This document shows, one piece after another, positions 38,139-52,591 of a stretch of 64,000 nucleotides of DNA; position 1 is the stretch's first letter; each line of letters starts with the position of its first letter. A program made the translations under genes and the position numbers. The notes beneath the pieces are model-generated. The model saw nothing but the letters and a program-made list of their open reading frames with translations. It had not been told where the DNA came from and did not search any database. This DNA is from Nymphaea colorata (lineage: Eukaryota): the NCBI RefSeq assembly GCF_008831285.2, contig NC_045138.2:35650001-35714000 (forward strand), given 5' to 3'.

Positions 38139-41067
38139 ATGAAGCTTGTGAACCCAAATGACTTATTCCATTATCTCTTGAAGAATAACAAGCTGAACAG
38201 AGGGCGGTTGCTTGGGTTAGATGTTGGTAGTCGGTATGTTGGTTTGGCTATTTCTGACCGCAACAATGCGCTTGCATCACCTCTGAGGTATGAAATATCT
38301 AAGTCAACTAGTTTACCATGCTCTTACAGAGAATTTGTATTAGTAATTTAGTATATTATAATTCATATCTGAGGCAGAACTAGGACTGGTAGATCCTGTT
38401 AATACAATTTTTTTCCTGATGTTGGTTAGGTTAACTTCATTCACATGAGTCTCATATGTGGCCTACAGATTATTTTTTGTGACTATCTATCCAGATTTTA
38501 ATGTTAGAACTTAGAAGCGCTAATGCTAGATTCATTTTTCACACCAACTGTTGGATGTGTTGTTAATCATGACTAAATCCTGGTGTTCATTTTGTTCTTT
38601 CAAATTTGGAGTTTGAATTAGTCTCGGAAGACTGAAAAACCGGTATGTTTTCTGTATGGTGTGTTTATTTTCCCAATCAGACACACTAAAAGGTCATCTT
38701 TGGTTTGAATCCTGATAATCTGGACTTTGTAATGTGAGTGTGGAAGCTGGCAACTGATGATATCCAACAATGCAACAATAGAAAAGAATTTTCTCCCTTG
38801 TCCTCCCAATTGAAATAGTTGATTTTATTAAGTAGCATAAATCACCAAATGCTCTTTATATATGCAAATATAAAGAGTAGATATACTGCTAAACTTAAAA
38901 GTTTGCTTCTATTACTTGACATGAAAAATGAAATCAGAAAAGCCAGTTAAAGAAAAACATGGAAAAGCACCAACTTTATCCAGTTATTCTTTATTTCTTC
39001 GTTTTCTTGCTTATACTCATTATGAAGGCTAGATTAGTTGGGATCCAGCTTCCTTTTTTGCATGTTTCAGGCACATTCCTTTGATTGAAGTCCACATGCT
39101 TTAAAGTTTAAACAGCCTGTTCGCTAGTAGTTTTGTGGGGAAGCTTCAAGTCTTCTTCTTCTTCCTTTTTTTTTTTCCCTTTTCTGTTCTATAATTTTCC
39201 TTTCTGTTAGAGTAACTATGGGTACCAGAATCTTATAACCGCGGTGACATGAATGTTGGAAATACAAATTTTGATCATTACATTGTGTCTTGATTATTTT
39301 GGTGTACATATTTCCTGATCTAATAACTTTTTTCAAAATTTAATCCTATCAACCTGGTTACATGGTTTCCTATCAATTTGACAGTGTATTAGTAAGAAAG
39401 AAGTCAAACATACAGTTGATGGCCAGTGACTTTGAGACTTTGGTAAGATTGTTTCCTGCTCTCTCTCACTCTCTCTCTCTCTATATGTGTGTGTGTGTGA
39501 GTATATACAGGCACACACACACACACACGTGCGCACACATGCATGACAAGTCAGGGTTTGTTCTAGACAGATATTGGAGTTCAATGTCTGGAAGGAGCAG
39601 TATTAGATGGTGCGTGACAAAAGAACCTTTGCTTAGTTTTGATTTTATTGACATCCGCATGAACCTTTTTTTTCCCCTTTTTTGTGATCAGGGTTTTGTG
39701 ACATGTAGTCTAGATATACGTGTTTACCAATATGCCATGTTAGAATGCATGATGTAGTTCCCTTTTAGTGGTGATTCTGTAAAGTATATACTACCTGTTC
39801 CTTGGTAATGTTTGTGGTCCTCGAATACTTTTTTTGCTTCCATGACATATGTTTCCACCTATGATCATCTTCTGATTTTCTTAGGATGTGTGCATATTTG
39901 ACATTGTGAATGGTTATCTTCTGATTGACATTTTGAATTTTTGATGATTAAAACAATTTAAGGTTGTCAATTCCTATCTTTAACAATCTCGAAGTTGAAC
40001 TCATTTTCAGTGGTATGTTTTTCTAGTTAGAATTGCACTTTCTCAAATTGCATATTGTTTTTCTTTTGTTATGTGGACCTTGTTTCAACCCAATTTGTTT
40101 GATTAAAGGAGGTTCATATATGTTCCTTATCATTCAGCCATCGCATCCAGGAAGCAACATGGTAGTCTATTTAGAATTGAATAGGAAACTGCATCAAAAT
40201 TTAGTGCAGCATAGAAGCACATATGGAGTACGACAAGCAAATATAGGCCTTCATTATGACTAGCAGATTATTATAGTCAATTCTGATGCTACTTTGTTAG
40301 GATGCCTCATGTCCCTATGCCAGGGGCGATACACATGCTGCAATGGCCAGGACAAAGGTCATGAAGCTGCGAGGGTAGCCTAAACTCCAGAGTAAACATT
40401 TCCAGTTTGATTGTTCTTTTTCTTTTGCAGTACTTCTGCCCACATTTCTGCTGTTAGATTATCCTTTTTCTGATAAGTATGTACTATTGACTTCTGTCTC
40501 TGGACTCTGGGTATGTTCACCTGCGTGGATGTTTATGTGCTTGCCCATAAGTCCAGCTAGATTCTCTGCATATCCTGCTTGACATGATTGATAAGTAAAC
40601 AGTGATTGACATGACAGCCAGTAGTAATTTTGAATGGTTAATACAACGTCTTAGCATGTCTGTGCAGGTAAAAGAATATTCTTTAGCGGGGTTAGTTATA
40701 GGATGCCCTTATAATTTCATGGGTTCTGAAAATTCACAGGTAAATATTATTTTCAGGTTTCAAGATGTCAGCTATTCGTGTCGATATCTATAGATTCTGG
40801 TTTTGTGTAGGTGGCACAAGTAAAGCTATTCGTGGATTCTCTTCGCAGGACTGGGCAACTTGAAGGATTGAGCTACACGTACTGGGACGAGAGGTTTACT
40901 TCAAAGGTGAGCGTTGACCCTGCAGTTCAAGAGTGAAAAAAAGTCACTAGGTTACTCATGTTGGACTACTTGTCTTGTAGTGTGTAGAAGCACTGGTGAG
41001 GCCCCTCAATCTGCATCCCGTGCAATATAAGACGGTTATTGACAAATTTGCTGCTGTTGCCATTCTC

Positions 41068-41112
<45 letters not shown>

Positions 41113-41212
41113 ATATGTGTCGTGATCCTTCACCTGTGTTTACTTCTTCTGACAGGGTTTCCTGGACTTCGCAAACAGGAATCTCAAGCTAAGGGAACAG
41201 GAAAAATCATGA
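38139..41212 (+). CDS. yqgF: YqgF/RuvX-family RNase H-fold nuclease, 173 aa; exons 38139-38287, 39385-39442, 40668-40739, 40811-40906, 40981-41070, 41156-41212
   Basis: Motifs LGLDVG, VGLAISD, LVIGCP, WDERFTS, IDKFAAVAILQGFLD. All introns GT-AG; exon lengths sum to 522 nt, ending in TGA. Confidence 0.92.
41072..41108. repeat. (CT)n microsatellite directly after the YqgF exon 5 donor
   Basis: Directly visible. Confidence 0.95.
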
Positions 41213-42429
41213 TGTACTGGTTTTTGTACGACAGCTTGGCCTAGCATTGGATGGTGGTTGTCCTAAAGCATCAATTTCTCACTGTTTATATTATTACCAG
41301 GCAATACACGCCCCAGTTTCTGTTGCTGCTTTATTTCTTTCAAAGGTGTCTTGATGCCCATGTGATAATCGCGACGTTATTCCTCGTCTACATAGAACGA
41401 TAGGTTTCAAGAAATTGAACGGTGCTCAATAGCTATAACCGGCTATGTTAAGTAGACCTGTTCAGCTAAGCTAATCAAACTTTCTCCCGGACATTGCCAA
41501 TGCATTGTGGTCGCCGTTTAGAGTTGGAACCATGCAGCATTAAGAATGGTAGCTTGCTGAAGAAAGTAGAAACAGAAAAAAGTTCGTGTAAAACATCGAT
41601 AACTAGGCCTGCAAAGTAAAAGGCATATAACTGAGCAATTTGCCATCTCTTGGCCTCTCCATACGTGAACACGCAAGTGAGCTAAAGACCCATCTAGTAA
41701 CCATGTCAGACTCGAGGATCATGGTAAGGACAAACCAGCAAGTGTTTACAGAGGCAGAAATGAGCACCATTTCGCAAGCCCATCAATCTCACTTAGGCCA
41801 AGTATCGATTAGTTAATTCTCCATGGTATACGCCCACTGGGGTACTCTTACTGTCTTACACCTCAAAATCGAGTGAAGAGACTGGGAGCTATTCTCGACT
41901 CTTCATCACTCGTTTTGAGAAAAAAAATCGTAAAGCAGTGATGTCTTAAGACTTTCTGTGCCATGTGTTTGATTGCCTTTATAGAGAAGGGTTTCTAGTT
42001 CCTAATTTATATTAACCATCTTTCGGCAACGGCCAAAGAAAGTAAAATTCAAAGCACATTCCACAAGTTCAGATAAAGAAACCATCGAAACGATTTACTC
42101 TCTTTTTCCCATCTTCTTGTCTGGCTAGACTGACAATCCTACAAAGTCAACTAAAATCTCATTGAACTTGCTTTTTTTTTCTTCCGTATGTAAGAAGGTT
42201 TCTCAATGTTACAGGCACAAAAGCATAAGCACGGAAGCAAAAGACTACAATATGGGAGAGAAGAAAAACAGCATTTTCATTATCCAAGCGGAAGTTGCGA
42301 AACAGTTTTTTTGGACTCTCTTACGATAGAAAGCATGGCAGGATATCATACACACACAAACTATGCATGTCAACTTCTCACTGTTGACAAATTATTTTTC
42401 CCCGTCAGTGAAGCATGAGTTTACTGGCT

Positions 42430-44236
<1,807 letters not shown>

Positions 44237-47200
44237 TCAAAATGTAGAGAGTACCTGAGAAAGAAAACAGATTTTTCCTACTTGAGTCAGAAAGCTTAAC
44301 GAAATGATCAATCAAGAAACAACAGCAAAAAATGGGGACAAAAGACGGGGAAAAAAAAGGAAAAAATAAACCACAAAAAGAAAAAGGGGGAAAAAAGAGA
44401 GAGAAATGTATCATCATAATTTTCCAAATCTGTCCATGAAAGCAGTAGGCTTAGACTTTGAAAGCAGCAACCAGACTCACCAACTCTAACTACAGATATT
44501 TAATTATAAGGACGTATTATAACCTTAATTTTAAATCATGCATAAATCAGAGACCAAGTTTGTGCTTGTGTTCAAAAAACACCAATGACCAAACCAGTTC
44601 TATAAAGCATGAGTCTGAATATTTACCCAGAACCCTTTCAAATCAAGCATCAACCTGGTGCGCAAACCAGAAATATTTAACCTGATTGGATGGGTAACCC
44701 AGATGAGGATCAACAATGAGGACTAAACGAAATTAGACTCAATAACTTCTCCAAGCTGGACAAATTCTTTGAATTGTTAGAACAAATCTTTTATGCATCT
44801 AATGGTCTCAACCAAGATCAATCTAGTGTTCTAGGATCTTCAAAGAATTTATGAACGGACATGACATATTCACCCCTAATCCACCAATGCACATGGTTAA
44901 AAAGATCTATCTGAACCATGGTATGACAGAGATACCCAGTGATCATTTGCACCAAAAATAAGCCAACCATTGCGTTTCTTAGAGGGTTCCATTACCAGAG
45001 AAGTGAAAAATCATACTACTTTTGGGGAATAGAAAGAAAAATACACGGAAAAAATAACATCTCGGGATGAATGATAAATGAATCTTTACGAAACTGAGAA
45101 CGGCAGCACGTTGATGCATTGTTCACTAAACTCCACGAAAGCCAATTTGGGGACAGAGGCAAGTATAGAGACTAAAAATACGTACAAGCTACACAAAATC
45201 TAGGGCAAATAAACCGAAAGAAGCATAGGGGAGCAGTGAATTTCAAAAAAAAAAATCAACAGCAACGGCACAAACAAATGGTACCCAAAAAAACAACGAA
45301 AGCCCATTGTCAAGAAGGAAGAAACAGAGAAGGAAGAACCTGAAGCAACTGACTCAACAAGAGAGAAGCTATTAAATTCGTCACAATAGGACTGGAGGAG
45401 ATGCAGGAAGGCCGGAGAAGGGAGCATCAGACGTACTTACTCTTCGTTACGCCGTTGGGATAAGATGGGGAAAAAGTCTCAGCTCCGGCGAGGTGGGAAA
45501 AGGAAGGAACCACTCTCTCTCGGAAGCGCTCTCTCTAGAGACAGTGACGGAAGTCCGGGAAGGTCCGCGAGGGCGTCAAAATGAAGCGCCTCTCTCCTTA
45601 GCTGTCCACTCCCTTTATCTCTTGCCTCCAAAACCTTTTCTTTTTGGCTTTGTTTGGATGGTTTGAAAAATTGGTTAACACACCGGGAGCGAAAAAATTA
45701 TCCCCTCAAACTATTTAATATAAAAAACAGTTTTTATCTGTCCACCCAAATACGAAAATTAAAAAAATTAATTCTACAGAACCAAGTTTTTCGAAAAATC
45801 GTGTTATCCAAACGCTACCTTCTAAATATCACAAAAGCTCAGCCTCCCGCCCATTTTTAACTAGATATTGTATTTTGAGCAAGGAGATTGATTCACTTGC
45901 TAAGAGTGTAAAAAAAATAATTTGGATTTGAATCAGCGGAGCGCGTCAGATATTAAAATCGAGCTTCGAAAGACATGCAAAACTTGGAAACTTTACCAAA
46001 GGATCTACACCTTTTTACCTATTGATTGAGGGTTTATGATTCCAACTCCAAACTTACTTTTTCCCGAGGCTGAAGTTGGTTATTTCTCCAATTTTTACTC
46101 TTCTTTGGTTGGTAAGATTTAGTTTATAGAGTTACAGAAATCACGAAAAAGATAGACCTAGTAAAGAGATATTCGAATATTCCTTTTCACTCGTTGCTTT
46201 GACACGGATGATTCCGGGAAGATGCCTTTCCTTCTTCAGATGCTAAAACCTCCATCTCACATATACTAATATATATGTGTGTGAGTTCAATTCAATCTTG
46301 CCGGCTGTCAGAAGTTTATTGGATGTTCTTGGATGACTAAGGCAGCGTTTGGATGAACTCCTTTAAAAAATGAAGTTTATTAAAATTTGGTTTTGAGAGA
46401 AAAAAAAGATATTTTTCTAAAAACTTGGTTTTAGTATTTGGGCAACCAAGTTTCACCTTTTAAAACCAAGTTCTTGTTTGAATGACCAAAAATGGGCTTC
46501 GGAAGTTCTCTTAAAAAATGAATTTAAGTTGAATGGTAGTTGAGAAACAGTTAGTTAAGTCTACGGTTAATGAAAATTGCATACTTGTTGGAGGTGGAAA
46601 CTGTACAGAAAGAGAAAGAGCTAGAACTGAAACATGTTTATCGATTTTCATCCGAAAGTTGTGGTCTACGAACATGAAAAGACATGGAACACATCCACAT
46701 GGAACTGAGAAGAAACACACGTTGGATGAAGGTGGCATGAATTCAATGTTTAAATTTATAATCAAAAGAGAAAAATGCAATCACTGTACACTAGTGCTTT
46801 AACGGCCACAACTTTGTTAAATCCAGCTGCCACAAACTAACACACAGGGTAATGAGTATGAACACTAATTAGAGTTATGTACAAGGATCGCACCATTTGG
46901 TATGCATAAATTTTTTGAAGACCCTTCATGACAGAACAGTAACAAATGGTATCCAAATGGTTAAGGTAGCTTTGGGGTATTCATGGACGAATTTTGAGAG
47001 AGAGCAGAGAATGGTGGCGTTGGAGAAGACGTATTTTATTCTAGTATTCCCATCCACCCAAAAAAAAAAAAACCTGGATGAAATCAGGTTTTCACGAAAC
47101 TGCACTCCTTGCCAAAACGGTGTTTTAAAGGTAAAAAGCCGTTTTTCATTTTTGAGCATGCATCCAAACACAGAGTAAAATTTCAGAAAGTGTTTATGAA

Positions 47201-48957
47201 AAACAGTGAGTAAATTGACATTAACCATAGTTCATCATGCAACAACAGTTCGTGGTGGTTTAGCTACGATTTATGATCATTTTAGTGACACTTTTTAAAA
47301 TTTTGGCCATCCCACACATGACTGCTTTGGCTTTTCCTACGTATAAGACACGCCTTGTAACACTTTGAATTTTGTGCCGTTTAAGAAAGTGTTGGCTAAA
47401 CTTTAAAAAAGTGTTGCTAAAATCAGTGGCTGAGTTAACATTGACTGTAGTTTATGATACATGGACGGCTTGTGGTGGTTTTAGCTACAATTGATAGTCA
47501 TTTTAACGATACTTCTACAAATTTTAATCATCACACAACTATGTGACGCATGATATCATTTACTTATCCTATACGTATTATATTCTAGCAATATGAATTT
47601 TGTGCAATTAAGTAAAAACCGCCACAATAATTAATATAGTTTCAGTTGATGTGGTATACTTCACAACTGAATTTTTCTACCCTTCAGTAAAAAGCACAGT
47701 TGTCAACAGCAAAAACAAAAAAACTAACAATTACTCTTTTCAACTACTTAAAGAGATTGTTCGGGTTTTTAGACAGCGATATGAAAAGCAAGTAAAATGA
47801 ATTGACAAAAGTACAAGGTCAGTGCTTTTCAAACCAAGTTCATTTTTCATTTATATTCTTCTTCTGTATAAGCAACGCCTTTCCAATATGCATTTAAAAA
47901 TGCCATACACACCCTTAAGTAGGAAGATGCAAAATAAAAATAAAAAAAAAAAAAAAAATCTTCTTGTTTTGTACTTTCCTCTATTACATGGGAGTTTGAT
48001 CTTGTTTTCTACTGCAAAATCAAGGTTTTGTTAGAGTTCCCAACAAAGTTGGGCATCCAAATCATTTGTGTGGATTGTAGGTAGAAATAGAACTTAATTA
48101 TAGCTTAGGATTTCCACACAGAATCTTATTGTTTCTCATTTCCAACCCACATTTGGAATTTCTTATAGATGTGTAGCTTTATTGCAAACTGCTTTACCAA
48201 CACTTCCGTTCACTCTGAATTTAATTAAAGGAGCTCCGTAGTCAAGGGTCTCAAAGACTATAAATGCTGCCATACATGCATGGCTACTAGCAGGTTTTTA
48301 CCATGCTGATGATGCCTGTTCAAACCGAAGCAACAAATATTATTTTTGGGTCTTAAAGCATGCCATGTGTAACTCCTTTGATCTTGCGCTATTGGATCCG
48401 GTCTACATGGCGTGGCTTGCTTGGTTTCTCAAATCTCATGTCACCCAAATTAGTTTGAAGTGTTGTGGGGTGGACATGAAAATGGTCATCGACCGCTCGG
48501 TTTCCTTTTTATGTCTCACTTTTCCTGTCTCTCTCTTCTCCCCACCGATCGCTTTCTTGGCTCACCTTGAATCTCTAACGGCAAATTCAAGGTGTAGTAA
48601 ACAATCTTAGCTAATTGGTATGTAGGTTAAAAAATGAGCTAGATTGATAAAAGTTACAATCAAATTCAAAATGTGTATTCACATTTTGTTTTATATGTTT
48701 GTAAACCTTTGGGTTCCAAGCAATTAGTTTCCAAGCGCTTGCTATAACATTGCACCTCAAATTTTGATAAACAATATTCTTTCATCAACTCAAACATTTC
48801 TCTTTATGTGACGTACGCGTATTAACCCGATGCGTGTGTGCATCACGGCCCGCACTTTTATTAGAAAAACCGTTTCTTACAATTATAAGTAAAGTTGAAC
48901 GCGAAAGGAGAAATAAACCTTAGAAAGATATGAGAAGTATTTATTACTCAAATTTTC

Positions 48958-50013
48958 ATGCCACGCTCGCTCGCTCGCTCGCTTGCTTTTTTTGTGCGCG
49001 CTCTCTCTCTTTCTCTATCTTGTAAAGGAAAGAAAAAATGGAGCAAACCCGAAGGCCGTTACGTCGTGGGTGGTGAAATGACGGCAGGGAAAACAAAATC
49101 CCCACCCGTCTCTCTCTCTCTCTCTCTCTCTGCGCTTCTCAGTTTTCCTCTTTCTAATCTAGGTAAACCCATCTTGTTGATTTCTTTCTGTTCTTTCCAA
49201 TTCGATTTTCCTCGATTGTTTTTTTTTCTTGGAAACATTTCACCGAAGATGTGTAACAGCGTTCATTCCTCCCCCTTTCGAACGAGTTTCGTTTTCTTTT
49301 TAATTTATTCTCGTTGCTCGTTTTGATTTGTTTAGGTTTGAATTGTGATTCATCGGTTTTGGGTACATTAATTTCCTCTCTAACATTTTGGTTCTGCAGG
49401 TCTTCCTGGGTGCTGAAAGTTTAGGTCGCAGTGGATCTGCATTTTTTATGGAATTGTGATGTGGGTTTTGGGGTTCGAGATTTTCGTTCTTCGTGATGCT
49501 CTGAATGAGGATGGTGGTCCGAGAAGTGGGCTCTAGCGGTATCTGCTCGTGTCCTTTGATTAGGGTTTTTTTAGGTGCAATTGCTCTCTCTTGATGGGAT
49601 CGAGGACGATTAAGGTCATGGTTGTTTTCAATTGTGCTAGTCAGGTCAGATTCGAGTGAAGAGCATTAGAATTATCGTTCCTGAGTATGTTGGATGTTTC
49701 GATTTGAGAGTTTGAGCATTTCTTTCTGTTTTCTGAGCATTTCTTTCTGTTTTCTTGACTTCTCCATTACTTATGGAGGATCAGACGGATGAAGATTTCT
49801 TTGACAAGCCTGTGGATGACGAGCTCCTGCAGCTGAGTTACACGAGTGTAATGATTCTGATGGGATCAACGATGGGCCCCCTGCTGACACTTCTCTAGCG
49901 AACCTTTTTTTGAGTGAATCGGAGAACCATTCAGAAGTTCAGGTGGACGTCGCTGTTGCCGGAAAGTTTCTGCATGCTCATGCAGGCAGGAAGCTTGTCC
50001 TCTCTGCTGCACG
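48958..50013 (+). pseudogene. SEC16-like 5' fragment, copy 2 (ORF 49773-49898)
   Basis: Same sequence as 15040-16095. Confidence 0.72.
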
Positions 50014-50421
50014 GTAATTTTGTTCGTTCAGTCTGATCCTGTTAACTTGGCAACTCATTATCTTTTTCTTTTCTTTTTCCGTTTTTTTTTCTCTTTCACT
50101 GTCTATGTGGTCATTCGTTGGTTGAAGCACTTCTGGAGTCATGGATGGATGCATTTAAATTTCTTGGTCTGTAATGTGGTGAGGAATTAATGGATCTGAC
50201 AAGAGGTGTGTTTCTGCATCTTGGGAGGAAGAGTGCAGAAGGGATGTGGAGAAATGGAATAATGGTCAGGCTACTATGTATGAGGCCAATTTTTGATGTC
50301 TAACTTACCGTGTAGGAGGCCTGTCTTTGCAACTAATATTTTGATTCTGGAATTATATGCTTATTATTAAATCAAAATTCTGAAATTATGATTCTATCCT
50401 AAGGGGTAGAATTATAATTCC

Positions 50422-51385
50422 GGGTTTTGTTTATGTTTGAGAAGTAACTCATGCATTTTATTTGTTCTTTAGTTATAATTTGATAGCCGTATTTTTTTAT
50501 TGAAATTTCAATTTTATTATTATGTTTCACAACTCATAATGCAATTATTGGTTCCTTTTTTTCTTTTTGGACTCTTTAATGCGTCTAGTCCTCCTCCTAG
50601 TTGTGGGACTACAAATTAAACTTTTGAAGAGAGAGCAATTCGTAATATTTTTAGTGCCGTACAACAGGCACTGGGGTTTAAAATGTTAGAGGGATATTGA
50701 TTTTAAAATGAAAGAGAATTTGATTAGTAAGAGGAATTTTTATAGCCCACAACGGATGACCAGAGTAGCCTCTCAAGATGAAACGTAGAAGACATCTGTT
50801 TTTTTGGGTCTGGTATTCTTGTATATTCAAACTGTGATGATGGCATTGTTGGCGCTTCACAAAGCTACGGACCAGGGATTTAAAAGCACTTGTTTAGTCA
50901 AAGTAAGTTCAATAAATTCATTAACCTCTATGATTTTTAAGCTACATTTACTAACTTTAATAACTTTCAATAAATTCAAACTTCACCGATTTTATCTAAT
51001 TCTACCATGCGGCTGAGAAAAGAAGTATACTATGAAATGGAAAAATGAAAAAAAAGATACAGACGTTAATTGGGAGACAGGCGTAGGTAGGCGCACTTGA
51101 GGTGCACATCTCGGCCGTTGAGGTGTGCGTCACTAGAACTAGTACATACATGCGGGTGTGCGAAAGGGTAACGGAACGTATAGCGGTGGCAGGGATCACC
51201 GTTATAGATTTATAGCGGTGAAACTTGTGGCGGTGGCTAGATTCACCGGTATAAGAGGCTTTTAGCGGCGGCGCATAGCCCCGCTATAAGTGTATAGGCG
51301 GCGAAACGAGTCCCCGTTATAGTTCTACAGCGGTACTGTTTCTCACCGGTATAGTCTTATACCGGTTGTTTTCATCCCCGCTATA
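50422..51385. mobile_element. Direct repeat A (Helitron-like end, 50422-51142) plus CACTA-type subterminal array, copy 2
   Basis: Same sequence as 16504-17468. Confidence 0.65.
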
Positions 51386-52418
51386 CGTTATCATTAAAGA
51401 AACACAAACAAAATTTACGTCCCTCAAGAGTACATATTAATCTCATCCTCCCACTAATGCTGGTTATTTGCATCTGCAAGTTCTTTTTTAGTTTTTAGAA
51501 ATTGGAGAACATTTATTTTAAGAATGTACTTGTTTTTATATGTGCATACTAAAGGAATGAAACTCACTAACTTAGTTGTCCTGCCTAAGCTAACTCATGT
51601 GTGTGTAACATAACACCCTCTATGTGGGAAGCAGACTAAACTACTCTTATGTTGATAATATTCAGAACAAAATATTTGGCTTAAAAACGAAACTCCATTC
51701 CCTAGCACCAGTGGTCTTGGTACGTATCTTTTTGGATATGAATCATAGTACAGATGGATCGAGATATGCCAAACCAGGCATTTGAGTTATACAGTGTCTG
51801 AAACATCAAAATATGTTGATTTTTTTTTTAAAAAAAAAATTGGCCTTCGAACATTTTTTTTATTTCTAAAACTAATAACACAACGTGTGTTGTAAAATAT
51901 GTAGGATTTTGTATGGTTCTTCGTTATGTGGCGTATGATTGTGCTACAAAAGTCTTCTGTTAAGTATTAGTTCGTGTCTGCGCGTTCAAACTTTTTTTTT
52001 CCGTTTTGGGTTATGACTTTCCACCAACATCCGAAAGGAAGGATAACAACAGTCCAGTTGTCTACCTTATTCATACACATAGAAAGCATTGAAGCAAATG
52101 TAATTCAAAAACGGAAAGCCTGCGAAACATTCTCCATCGAGCGGTCTCTCGTTAATAAAAAGAATTGATAATACCGTTTCACCCTCTTTCCTTTTTTGTG
52201 CTTCTCCCCTTTTCCATCTTCCTTTTTCTTCCTTTTTCTGCTACTCCCCCTTTCCCTCTTCCGCTTTCTTCCCTTTTCCCTCTTCTGCTTTCTCCCTTTT
52301 TCTGCTTCTCCCCTTTTCCCTCTTCCTCTTTCTACCGCCGGTGGATCGGTCGGCGTCGTTCAGATCCTCGGATGCACCTTCGGCCCTTTCTGTTTTTTCT
52401 CTCTCTCTCTCCTGCCAG

Positions 52419-52591
52419 TCCGTTGTGGAGTCGGTCGGCAACCATTGGAACTCGGTCTCCAGCGGTGGCTCCGTGGTCTTTCAGGAGGCAAATAATCCGG
52501 ATTCAGATGGTGTGCTCATGGATTCATCCTTGCAGCCTGCCGGCTTCGGCCTCTCGCCGTCTATGGCACCGGACTGGGGCCACGCTTTAAT
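52419..52591 (+). pseudogene. bHLH112/123-like exon fragment, copy 2
   Basis: Same sequence as 18503-18675. Confidence 0.55.
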
